Assembly (NCBI GenBank): GCA_013239625.1
Contig: MU053934.1
Span: forward strand, 11,137,003 to 11,201,002
Direction of reading: 5' to 3'
Origin: Lama guanicoe
Taxonomy: Eukaryota
DNA length: 64,000 nt
The position numbers and the translations under genes are program-made. A model generated the notes under the pieces. It did not search any database. It was not told where the DNA came from and saw only the letters and a program-made list of their open reading frames with translations. Position 1 is the first letter of the stretch, and each line of letters opens with the position of its first letter. Of the stretch, positions 38,021 to 48,930 are shown piece by piece.

Positions 38021-40040
38021 GCTCCCGGCCCAGGCCCGCGGTCTGAGCCGGGCCGGCGGCTTCCTGGCGGAGCCGCGCGCTCCGGAGGCGGCGGCGGGTC
38101 CGGGGCGGGCGGGCAGCGCTGCCCGGGGTGTCGGCGGAGCGCCCTGCCCAGAGCCTTCCGCTGGCGACACTCCCTCGGGGGATGTGGGGGCGCGGCAGCC
38201 GAGTCCGGAGCGGGGCGCCCGGGGCAGCAGCGGGACTCGAGCTAGGACACCCGGCTGGAGCTGCTGCCTCCCCGGGAAGCAGGCTCGCCAGGCGCTTTCC
38301 TAAAAAAGGGGAGAAGTGAGAGGTGGGGTGCCCGGAGAGGGCCCGCTGCTGCCGCGGGCATTTCGCGACTAGTGTCCGGGGACCTGAGCCGGTGACTCAG
38401 TGGGTCTGGCGCGGGGCCGCGGGCTCGGGGCTGGGGAGGCACGGGCTGGCGGGTGCCCCGGGCACAGGCTGGAGGCTGGGAGACCGGGAACAGGCTCGAG
38501 GTCTGCCGGGGTGCGTGCGGATGGGGCTGAAGGAATGGGGGTGGTCAGACACCGGGCACAGCCTAGGGACTGGGGTGGGAGGGGGTGGGCAGTGCTCCGG
38601 ACACAGGTTCGCCGCTGGTTGGGGTGGGTCGGGAGTGGTCAGCGTCCCGGGCACAGGCTCCCGGCCGGGATGGCGCGAGCTGGTCGGCTCTCCCGCCGAC
38701 CGCCTGGCACAGGGTATGTTCCCTTTCCACCCCAGCGAGAGGGAAGGACGGGTGCTGAAGAACAACACCTGTCATGGAGAATTGCCACGGGCGCCGGAAC
38801 CGATGGAAAAATATGGATTCTTTACCAAAAAAAAAAAAAAATAAGGCCGGCTCCCAGCCTCGTTCCACCTCGCAGCCCTTGGCCTCGGAGCTCCCAGCCC
38901 CAGCCTGCCGCTGTCTCCAAAATGGGACCGCAGCGGGCCATGGAGATCCCGGCCGCTTGTGGTCGCCGGAGTCCTGGGACAGCCCAGCCCGCGGGAATCG
39001 CGAGGGAAGCCCGGTGCTCAGAGCAGGAATTGTGCTGCTCCGCTCAGCCCCCTCGTGCACTTCTCTCTAGCTGCTGGCGCCGCTGTGGCACCTCGCGGGG
39101 AGGGGTCTGGGAGCGGGACGATTCCCTGCCGGGTGGCAAGCCCAGCTGCCCAGGCTGGCACTTAGATCCGGCATGCACCCTGGGCGCCCCTCTGAGGGCA
39201 CCGGCTGGGCTGGCTGCCTGGAGCGGGGCCTGGGGGTTTAAGCCAGGTGTGCGCCCTCTCGGGGCAGCGGCCCCCGGGGCCAGCGCAGAGCCCTAGCCAG
39301 CTTCCCTGGTGGTGGGGAAAGGGCTGAAGGCACATCAACCCTGGGGCTCACGGAGCAGGGGGCATTTGAGTGCACCTCCTGGTGGCATCACGGGAGAGGG
39401 GCTCATTCAGCAGTGTTTGGGGAGGGGATTGTTGTGCTGCCGTCTCCGGCGGGCTCTGGGGACGATGTCCTTGCTGCCAAGGCGAGAACCCGGCAACCAC
39501 AGGCTGGCGGGGAGGCAGCCCTCCAGGTGCAGAAAAGAGCAGCTAATTGTTGTTAAGTACATGGCACCTCCGCCCCGTGGCTTCAGCACTTCACACCCCA
39601 GGTGCACTAGCCAGGCCTCCCTTTCTCACCTTCTCCATGTGCGCAGCCTCTGCGCCCCCGCCTCCCGCCCCCTCCCCCGGCACCGCAGGACCTGAAGGCG
39701 CACCGCTCTGTCTGTCCTGACACTCACACCTTTGCGGGGCTGGGACTGCTGCCTGCCTCCCTCGGGGGTCAGAGTGCAGCCTCCGGCAGCTGCTCAGACG
39801 CTTGGTGGAACCCAGACCCTGTCCTCCACTCAGGCTGCCTTTAGGAGGCCTGCCTGGCCTTCTGGAAACCGCTCTTCCAGCAGGACAAGGACATTTCGTA
39901 GAAAACGTCTTATCCAGAAGAGCAGAAATCATTCATAACGAAAGCTTGGGTTAACCACATCTTGCCGGCTGTGTCCATCGCCATGTGATGGAATAATTGA
40001 CAATAAGATAATGTTTTTGGACACACCCCATTACACCAAA

Positions 40041-40123
40041 TGCACTTGGAGAAATCAGACATTTCCCTAAAACACAAACAGGCATGTGCACTTGGAGAAA
40101 TGAAACATTTCACTAAAACACAA
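40041..40123. repeat. Two-copy direct repeat, 37-bp core, 46-bp period
   Basis: TGCACTTGGAGAAATCAGACATTTCCCTAAAACACAA (40041) and TGCACTTGGAGAAATGAAACATTTCACTAAAACACAA (40087), 3 mismatches. Confidence 0.92.
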
Positions 40124-41889
40124 GATAGACATAATAATAATTTATAGCTTGGAACATCAGTCCTAGAGAAAAAAAGTCCTTCCTTTTTAGAATTGATAAA
40201 GCAAATAAAATGCAAATTAACAGTTCCTGTGAGTTCATTTTCTTTTCCAGTATATCTGGGATAAAGAAGAACAGTTAGAATCCGTGTTTGTGAATTGTTT
40301 TTGTTATCAGCCGGGATTTTTATTGCCCCAAATGTTTTTGTGTTATGGAGCAGATATATTTGTATCATATTAATTAGGGAAACTGATACGTATCAGAGAG
40401 GATTCAATTATCCTGCCTATTAGATCGGGGCGTTCCTCTGCAGCACGCAAGGTGTTGACTTGCTGGCGCTGCTGAAAAGAAGACTGGACTGTTTCTTGGC
40501 CTGGTTGTGGGCTGGGGGGTGCTACGTTCTTGGCCCAGGGAGAGCCCTCCCTTCTCTGCAGCCCGCTGAGATTCCTGTTTAAGGAGTTGGGCTCCACCCT
40601 CTGGCTGGAGAAGGACCTGCAGCCCATCAATTAGCTTAGTTGCTATAGTGACACAGCCTTGTCATTTTCTCCTATTGGGGAAGAAAAGCAGGAAGGGGAG
40701 AGGGGCCCCTCGATGCTGTCTTAAAGATGCACACCCCGTCTCAGTGTGCTCTCCCTGAACAGCAGGGCTGCACGCCTGGTAAAGGGTGGGCTAGCGGGCG
40801 GAGAGCTTGGAGGAGGAAGTTGAAATTCTCCTTCGTTCTGCTCTGGGGAAACATCCGTCCTTGTGGCTTAGAAAACGCTGATTGAGAGCGTCTTCCCCTT
40901 AGCGTGTCTGGAGTGGGGAGGGCTGCCTGGACCTGGTCCTCGGCTGGAGTGGGACAGCTCTGGGGAAGCCTGGTTTCACTGTGTGCTGGGCTCGTCCCCA
41001 TGACCCCGAAGACGCGGTGTCTCACGCTGGCAGACGACGTATCGGCTGTAGTAACAGTGAGGGACGCGGAGGGAACGGTGGGCCTGTGCCTGCCCCACCA
41101 CACTAAGCCTTGACTTGACACTTGCTTGCAGGCTTTCATTTGAAGGTGGAGAAGGCGGTGCTTCCCCGTGGTTGCACGTGCCCTGTCTGGACAGGCGTGG
41201 TGGACAGACCTTCCTGGCGTGTACACGGTGGCAGGAAAGCCTTCATTTTCAAGCACCAGGGAGCAGGGTGGGGAGAGGCAGTGTGACTGTTTTTGACTTT
41301 TTTCTTCCCAAATAAATCTCATCAGAGTTGAATTGTAGCTTTAAGTTAACTTCACTTCCTGGCCGCAGCCGTGAGAAGAAATTGCAAACAGCTTCTGAAT
41401 TGCTTTTAATCCATTAGAATCCTAACCGAGCGTAAGCTCTGATGTTGCATTTCCTTTATAAATATAATTTATTGCATATTTAGGAGAGATTAGAATATGC
41501 CACTTTTCTGCTGTTGAAATTTTATTTCTGGAGTTTGTGAAGAGGTAAAATGGAGACTACTGGAAAGTTAATGGAGTGGCAGCACTCAGAAGTTTATTCC
41601 GTGTCCTTTTCTTCCTCCTCCTGTGTTTTGTATTTGATGAATTTCCAGCAGGAGGAGAGGTGCTGTTTATTTCTTTCAGCTCCATAGAGAGAGGTTTTAC
41701 CTGTGCGTGTGGGGTCGTGTCCGCTGAGCTCCGTACTCCAGGACCAGGGAGGTGGAGGCAGTCTTGCCCCTGGAAGGCAGCCAGGATGACTGAGACGCCG
41801 AGGGAGGGTCCACACCCTCTTGGATGCTCCCTGACATCTCAGTCCCCGCAGCAAGGCCAGAAGACAGTGTACCCAAGATGGGGGCTGCC

Positions 41890-42042
41890 GGGGGCGAGTA
41901 CAGCTCAGTGGTAGAGTGCGTGCTTAGCATGAACAAGGTCCAGGGTTCAATCTCCAGTCCCGCCATTAAATAATAAATAAATAAGTAAATAAACTTAACT
42001 ATCTCCCCCCTAAAAAATAAATAAAATAATACTTGAAAAAAA
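41890..42042 (+). mobile_element. Vic-1-type tRNA-derived SINE (camelid)
   Basis: GGGGGCGAGTACAGCTCAGTGGTAGAGTGCGTGCTTAGCATG, GGGTTCAATCTCCAG, (TAAA)n tail with CTCCCCCC. Confidence 0.88.
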
Positions 42043-45000
42043 CGAGGTGAGCTGCTCAGCCCACCCGCTCTGTTCCCTGCTCTGGACCTGCCACTTGACA
42101 GCCCCGTCGTGAAATACGCAGATCAACTTTTGTGGCATGAAGTATTTTCAGGTGACTTTTATGGGCGTAATTATGGGAGGATGTTATGATAATGTGGCAC
42201 TAGAAAAGGGAAGAAAAGCAAAACATTAAAATCCCCGTTTCTTTATGTAGCGTCACAGCTGTGCTGATTTAGAAGGGCTCATTTTTGCATTAAAATGTGG
42301 TGCTCCGGAGTTAATGACCTTGACAGAATGCCACCTGTCACCCAGAGCCGTGGGTGCCGGCCGAGTGACAGGAGGAGACCGGTGACAAGGAGGCCAGGGG
42401 CCGGGACCCTTGCTGGAGGGAGGCCCGCGGAGAGGGGCCTGAGCCTCTGCTGGGTCAGGTTGCTGGGGAGACCGTCGCTCACCGCCCTCCCCAGGGCCTG
42501 GGTGGCACATGGGACTGACAGTGCCTGGCGGTGTCCCTTTCTGAAAGCGGCTGCGCAGGCCATGGGTAGCCCCCGAGCCCAGCTTGGGGCTGCCGGGGCT
42601 GCCCCAGGGCTCCCACGGCTTCTGGGAAGCCTCCAGCCTGCCAATCCCTCCCCCGGCCCCTCCGCACGGTTTCCAGATCTGGGCCCTGGAGCTGCGCTCA
42701 CTGAGGCTCCCAGCAGGCAGCACAAGCTGTCTTGATGGCTGGGCTTTCCAGAAACAGCCCCGCAGCTGGCAACGGATCCGGGCAAGCCTCCCCGGCTCTC
42801 CTTCACCCCGGCGGGCACGGTGGAGGGCTCCCGCAGGCCCTCTCACGTTCACTTATTTACTCAAAGGGCTGGCAGGAGTCGAGGGAGGAATCAGTCTTGT
42901 CTCCAACGAGGCCGGCGGGACTCCTCTGGCCTGCCCTGGTCCCGGTGGCCCTCAGGAGGCCCCGTTCCAACTTTGCGTGCCCGCAGTGTCCTCGGGGATG
43001 GCGGGTCCAGGCCTGGTGGGACAGTGGCTCCCCGGTGAGATGTCCCCGGGAGAGGCCCCACTCATCTCAGTGCCCTGCCCCGCTGTCTGGTGGTGCTGGG
43101 TGCTGCTGCACCCCCTGCTGTGGAGGGACTGGCCTCTGTGGGGCCCCACCTGGGGACTTGGCTCCCTTTCCGAGTGTGTTGAATGAGGCAGGAGTGGTGG
43201 AGGACCAGGGTGAGGCATGGTGCTCAGTGGCTTCTCTGTCTCCAGGCTGGCTGCCGGGAGGTCCTCATGTGTGGCTCCCCTAGAACGGAGCTGTGCACCC
43301 GTCCTGCCCTCCCGTCGCCCACCTCCTCCCCTTTCACCTCACTGGGGCCTCACAAAGCCAGATCTTTCCTGCCCGGTGGCTCTCTCCATCCCTCTGTCCT
43401 GGCCTGCCTGAGTCCAACCCCGGGGCCTGACCCCAGCACCTCCCTTCTTGGGAGCGTGCTAACAGCCCTCAGTGCTGCGGAATGCACAAAGGGAACCCCG
43501 AGCTGGACTGGGCTCCAGAAAACGCCCTGACCCCAGTGTCAGAGGCCCCTTCCTCCAGGAAGCCTCCCCTGAGCACACCCCTTCTCCCCTTTCCAGTGCG
43601 CTCATTCATCTGGACACCGGCTCTCAAGGCTCTTTTCCCACCTCTGTTTTCTACTCTGAGCCCCAGGCACCGACTGCCGATTCTCTGAACAAACATGCAT
43701 TGATATGGAGCCCTGGGCGGGTGATCTGTTACGGGGCGGGGCTGAAGGGCTAGGGGTGGGGCCCAAGTTTTGGGGCGGGGCCAATGTGTTAGGTGTGGCC
43801 AAAGGGCTGGGGGCGGGACCGGAAAGATGTCTTATGACAAATGAAATATTTGTGGGGTCTGGAGGATCAGTCTGGTTCTAACACTGTCTGATTAAAAAGA
43901 AAGAAAAAGAAAAGTTGTGGACTCTCCGTGAAACGTTCGCTGCTCTGTGATGCGTCTCCGGCTGGGCTCTCACACGGCCAGGGTAAGAACCCACCTGCCG
44001 CCCGGTGCTCCCTGGTTTGTTGAATCAAGCCTCAGGTCCTGGCGGCGTGGCAACCCTGTCCCTGTCTGTAGCTGAAGGGCCAGCGCGGGGAGGCGGGGAC
44101 GTTCAGCCCCCACGCCTTCCCCGCAGGCCAGGCAGGCGGCGCGTCCCCGCAGCCTGCGCCCCAGCCGGGCGGAGCCTGGGACGGGCTGTCTGCTGGGAGG
44201 GGAGGCTCCCCGCGCGCTGTGTCTCCAGGGCCTGGAGCCAGCCTCGGGGCCGCGAGTTGCTTGCAGCCTCTCCGCCGCGTCGTGATTCCTCCGCATCCCG
44301 CGTGGAACTCTGTTGCCCGTGGTGATAAAGCCGTGCGCAGGCGATCAGACCTGCCTGACCGCGCGGCGACGGGGAGCCCACCGCCCTCCGTCAGCTCCCC
44401 ACCTGCTCAGTGATGCTCGCCTTCCTGGGAGGCAGTTGAGTCTCTGGGTGTGACTTCGGAGGTTCCTCTCTAAAGCCCTTTGGAACAAATTCATAAATGC
44501 CTTTCCCTCTGGAGGGTTCTGCTGCCTCTGGCAGGACTTGGCTGTCTGGAAGCTGCCTTTATTTCAGTCCTTTTGGGAGGGGACCAGAGCCAGCTGCCTG
44601 TACCCCTGTTGGAGCTCCACTGGGCACTTTCTGGTCCAGCCTGCTCCCAACCACCGGCCCGGGCTTGGGCCTTGGGTGGGAGCAGTGCCCGGTGTCAGGG
44701 GGCCCGTGCCAGTGGAGCCTACAGACCCACGAAGTGCCAGAATGCCCCGGGCCCGGCAGGGGTCCATCCCGGGCTCCTGGGCAGCCTGTGGCCGCCTTGC
44801 TCCGGGAGCCACCTCCCTCTCATCCGCCCTCCTTGTGAGTCTGGACTCCGGTGTTTCTCGTGCCACGCTCCTGCCAGGCATTGCCCCTGCGTTTTCAGGT
44901 GACAACACTTTCCCCGGGTCCTCACACGGTCCAGGGCCCTGCGTGGGCACGTGCACAGGGTGTGCGGACGTTTACGAGGCTGCACGTCGAGCTGAGTCTG

Positions 45001-48000
45001 AGGGCACCCCTGCAAGCACGTGCCTGCGGAGCACACACGCACACCTGTGCGGGTCTCCCTGCAGCCCCCGGACCCAGCCTGCACTTTGCTTTTCAGCCTC
45101 AGACTCCGAGTGTCTTGAGCCAAACCTGTGGTCTGCCCCCACCAAAGCAGTCACCCCGGGAGACGCCAGGTGGTGCGGCTGGCACTTCACTGGTCCTCAG
45201 GACTTTCCTCACCAGAGAGTCCTTCACCAGCAAGGCGGGACGCCCAGGTGTGGCCTGGCCTGGCCACTTCCTTTGTGGACAGAGGCTAGACATGGCTGGA
45301 GGCCACGTAGGAAAGGGCCGGACGGGCCGGAGCTCAGGCCTCCCCTCGCTGTGCCGGCTCCTGCCATCGCCTGGCCCCTTCCGGCCACGTCTGCTTCTGT
45401 TTGTGCACATGTGCACACACCGTGGACACACGTCCTGTCCCTTCCATTGGGGCCTCTGTTTCTGCACCTCAAGGTGCTAATCATCTCCCCGGGCCCGAGA
45501 CTTTAGGAGGATAAGCCCAGAGCTGAGGTCCGCAGGTTTGCAGGGCTCCGACCCACGGTCCCAGAGCAAATCCCCGGGTGACAGACGGCAGCTTGGGCTT
45601 GCCGGGACCGGCCGCTCACGCTGCAGCCCGGGCTGGAGTGACGGCCGCTTGCTCTCTGCTTCAGCTCCGCGGGCTGAAGGACCAGCGGGCTTTCGCTGTA
45701 GTTCACACAAGGAGGCTGAGACATCGCTGGACAAACACCTCGAGTGCGCTTTCAAACGAGGGGCGGCTCACGCGGGTCACCTGGTGCCACGTGGGCTGGG
45801 CCGGGCCGGGGTGGTGCCCCGGGGTCCCTGAGCACACAGAGCGTGTGGCTTGGTCCTCAGGGCACAGGGACCCTCTCTGCGGAGCAAGGACTGCGGATGG
45901 GTGGCCCCTGTAGGTTTGCTGCTGTCTCCGCTTCTGCCCTGGCCGAGCCGGAAAGCAGAGCCTGCTGGGGCTCTCCTGGCACTGAGCGGGCGTGTAATGA
46001 TGTCGCTGAGAGGCCCTGGGACCTCGCGCATGGTCACCTCTGCAGCTGGGTCCCTCTGTGGGCCCTTCCCCGCTGGCATCCTTCCACCTCCCACCTGCCA
46101 CAGCCACCTCGGGGCCCCGCGTGCAGGAAGGCTTGGCGCTCCAGCAGGTGGGCCCGCGCCCAGCGGCTCCTCCCCAGGGAGGCTGGTGCCTGGCACGTCT
46201 GCTGGAAGGAGTGAGTGAGGAGGAGGGTGGGGGCTCATGCACCCCACTGGCTTCCTAAGGCTCCTTCTGAAGTAGCTCAGTCAGTCTGACCCTTCCCTCT
46301 GCCCAGGGCTCCTCTGGCTCCAGATCGGCCAGCGGGCCCTCCCAGGCACCTGGCCCTGCCTCTCTTGCCCCACCTCAGTCACACCCCGTCCATCCTTGCA
46401 GCCACCCTCCAGACATTCCGAGTGACTGCGGATTCCCAAGACCACGCTGTCCCACACCAGCCTCCTGGAGCCCACTCCCCCGTCCTGCCCCCGCCTGGTT
46501 GGCTCTGTCTCCATCCTGGTGATCCCCCTCCCTGCCCCCCAGGACTGGCTCATATGCTCGATGGGGAACTGCTGTGGAGGAGATGCGTGGACTGATGGGA
46601 GGGCCTGCTCTCCTGGGCACTGGGACCCAGGGCCTCACTCGCCTCACGTGTGCGGAGCTCCCATGCCAGCTGTGAGCAACCCCAGGCCTGCCCCTTGCGC
46701 TCAGGTCCCCCGCCCCGATGCAAGGTCCGGCAGCTGGGTGTGCTCAGGGGTGCGGCTGGGGTGAAGACGGCTCCCCGAATGCCCCTCTGGTCCAGGCTCG
46801 TCTCTCCAGGGAAGGGAGTGCCCAGGGAGGGCAGGACAGACGTGGGCCTACAGGGGGAGGCAGCTGCTTCTGGGAGGGCTGAGCTCTGCTGGCCTCGCTG
46901 TACCGCCCCCAGCACACCTGCCCGGGGCCCGGGGGCAGGGGCTGGGGAGAGGCCCTTGTGCCTCGCAGGTGCACACTCGCTGCACGAAGGAGGTGGTCTC
47001 CCTCCGACCCGGGCGCTCGTAGGCCCTGGGAGTTCTGATGGGGTGGCCGGTAGGGCCTGACCGACCAGTGAGCCTGCACGCTGAGTGGTGTCCCCGGGGA
47101 GGGCAGTGTGCTGGCCCTGCCTGAGGCCAGAGCTGGAAGCCTAGGAGGGCCTCCTCCTCTCCCGGTAGGCCTGGGCGTGAGCTGGGGGAGACTTGTGGCC
47201 TCTGTCCCTGAGGCTGCTCTCTGTGCCCCTGCAACTGACACTGCAGGCTCCCACAGCCCCTGCTGTCCTGGTCACCGTTGTGCTGTGTCCTCAGTGGGGG
47301 TGGGGGCCTCTCCAGGGAAGGCCCCCGGCCCCCAACACTGCACCCCAGGTTTACCGACGGCTCTAAAACAGCTTCCCAAGAGATCGGACGAAATAGAGTT
47401 GCTGTAGAGATGGGGTCACGAGGGCCCTGAGCCTTTCAGGACACCCCCCCCTTGGTCCCACCTGGTCACACCTGCCTTGTCCCCATGTCTTGAATGTCCA
47501 GCGAGAAGGGACGCTGAACAGTCAGGCGGGCCCTCCTGGTGTCCTCGCTGACGACCTGTGATGGGCCGGTTTCCCCTAAGCTCTACCCCGAGGGCTTCAG
47601 CGGACGCTCAGGAAGGTCCATACCACAGTTATGAACGTCGGTGAGCTTCCTCACTTGTTCCTGACATCACTGCTTGGCGAGATGACGGAGCAGTCTCCCT
47701 GGCCTGGTCGACCAGAGCCCACACAAGTCGGCGGAGCTGGACTGAGGTCCGTGGCCCCCTGCCGTCAGGTGTGGGCGGTGTCGGGGAGAAGGGCGCGGCC
47801 GTCCTTCTGGGACCCGGCGTGATGTGATGCTGCCGAAGGCTGTGGAAGGCGGTTCGCAGCCCCCCCAGGGCCTGAAGCCTCGCAGCTCAGGGGGAGACCC
47901 GGGCAGTTCTCGGGGGGCTTTGCTGTTAGGACGTTTCACGGCTAAACTGCTACTGTCCCCAAGCTGCCCTGAACGCCCCTGGACGCAGGTGAAGGCCTCT

Positions 48001-48666
48001 CTTGGCTCTGTATTTTGATTATTTTTCTCTGTTACCTGATAGCACGTCCCGATTACGGCAAAATACCATGAACGGGTTGTTAATTAGTTGATGCTAATCT
48101 ACGTTCCTCGCCACGGCCGCGGCTGAAGGAGGCCGGCCTCAGAGCCACGCCAGGCGTTCCGCGCACTCCCCTCGTGGTGCTGGTGCGCTGTGTCTCTTTC
48201 CCTCCCCGGCTCACCCCGGGGGCCCAGCGGCCACAGGAGCGAGCTGTGCAGGGGGCAGAGGTTGGGCCCCTGAGCTGCGTGCTGGGGGCCATCACGTCCA
48301 TGTCTGCAGGCTGGAGGGGACAGGCGTCTGCTCCCTGTGTGTGGCGGGTGGGGCTTCCTGGGAGAGTGTCAGCTTCCCCGGGGACAGTCACCCTGGGAGG
48401 ACCACGGGGGGCGGGGGGGCACGCCGCTCACTCGGTTAAACACTCCTGTGTTCTGGAAACACTGCCTCTCCGTCAGGCCAGCTGGGGCCCCCACGGCGTC
48501 CTGGTCAGCCCAAACCGCACAGTGAAAGTTCTCAGGGCCCAGATCTGGGAGTGCACGTGTGTTAACTAACCTGGGGAGGTTTCTGAACCCCATCACACTG
48601 AGATGCGAGGTCCCAAACTAAGGGAAAGCAGAATGCGTCATCACGGTCAGCACCTGGGACACTGGG

Positions 48667-48930
48667 CTAGGGTTAGGGTTAGAGCTGGGGTTAGGATCAG
48701 GGTCACGGTTAGGGTCAGGGTTAAGGTCAGGGTTGGGGTCAAGGTTAGAGTTAGGGTCAGAGTCAGGGTTAGGGTTAGAGTTAGGGTCACAGTTAGGGTC
48801 AGGGTTAGGGCTAGAGCCAGGATTAGGGTTAGAGTTAGGGTCAGGCTCAGGGTCAGGGCTAGGGTCAGGGTTAGGGCTAGAGTCAGGATTAGGGTCAGGG
48901 CTAGGGTCAGGCTCAGGGTCAGGGCTAGGG
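48667..48930 (+). repeat. Interstitial telomere-like array, 44 in-phase hexamers
   Basis: Manual parse: 11 TTAGGG, 11 TCAGGG, 4 CTAGGG and other variants, no indels; G-rich strand is the TAFA5 sense strand. Confidence 0.95.

Larger units (their letters stand above)
37170..39300. promoter_or_regulatory. TAFA5: CpG island / TATA-less TAFA5 promoter and 5' intron
   Basis: Very high GC and CpG density (runs such as CGCGCGGGCGCCGCGG) spanning exon 1; edges estimated by eye. Confidence 0.88.

Noticed and set aside
37204..38046. 280-aa single-exon protein
   Set aside because: Reads through the splice donor and an N gap; only 37612-37723 is supported.
40041..40123. CRISPR-like repeat-spacer
   Set aside because: Only two copies with a 9-nt gap, mammalian context, no cas genes.
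44538..45506. 322-aa ORF and similar long ORFs (38400-39296, 11748-12665, 36948-37712, 59051-59725)
   Set aside because: Pro/Gly/Ala/Arg-rich, overlapping in several frames, mostly non-AUG starts and no recognisable domain; expected in high-GC DNA.
48667..48930. Head-to-head telomere fusion site or integrated herpesvirus telomeric repeat
   Set aside because: Single orientation with no CCCTAA arm, and no viral ORFs recognised nearby.
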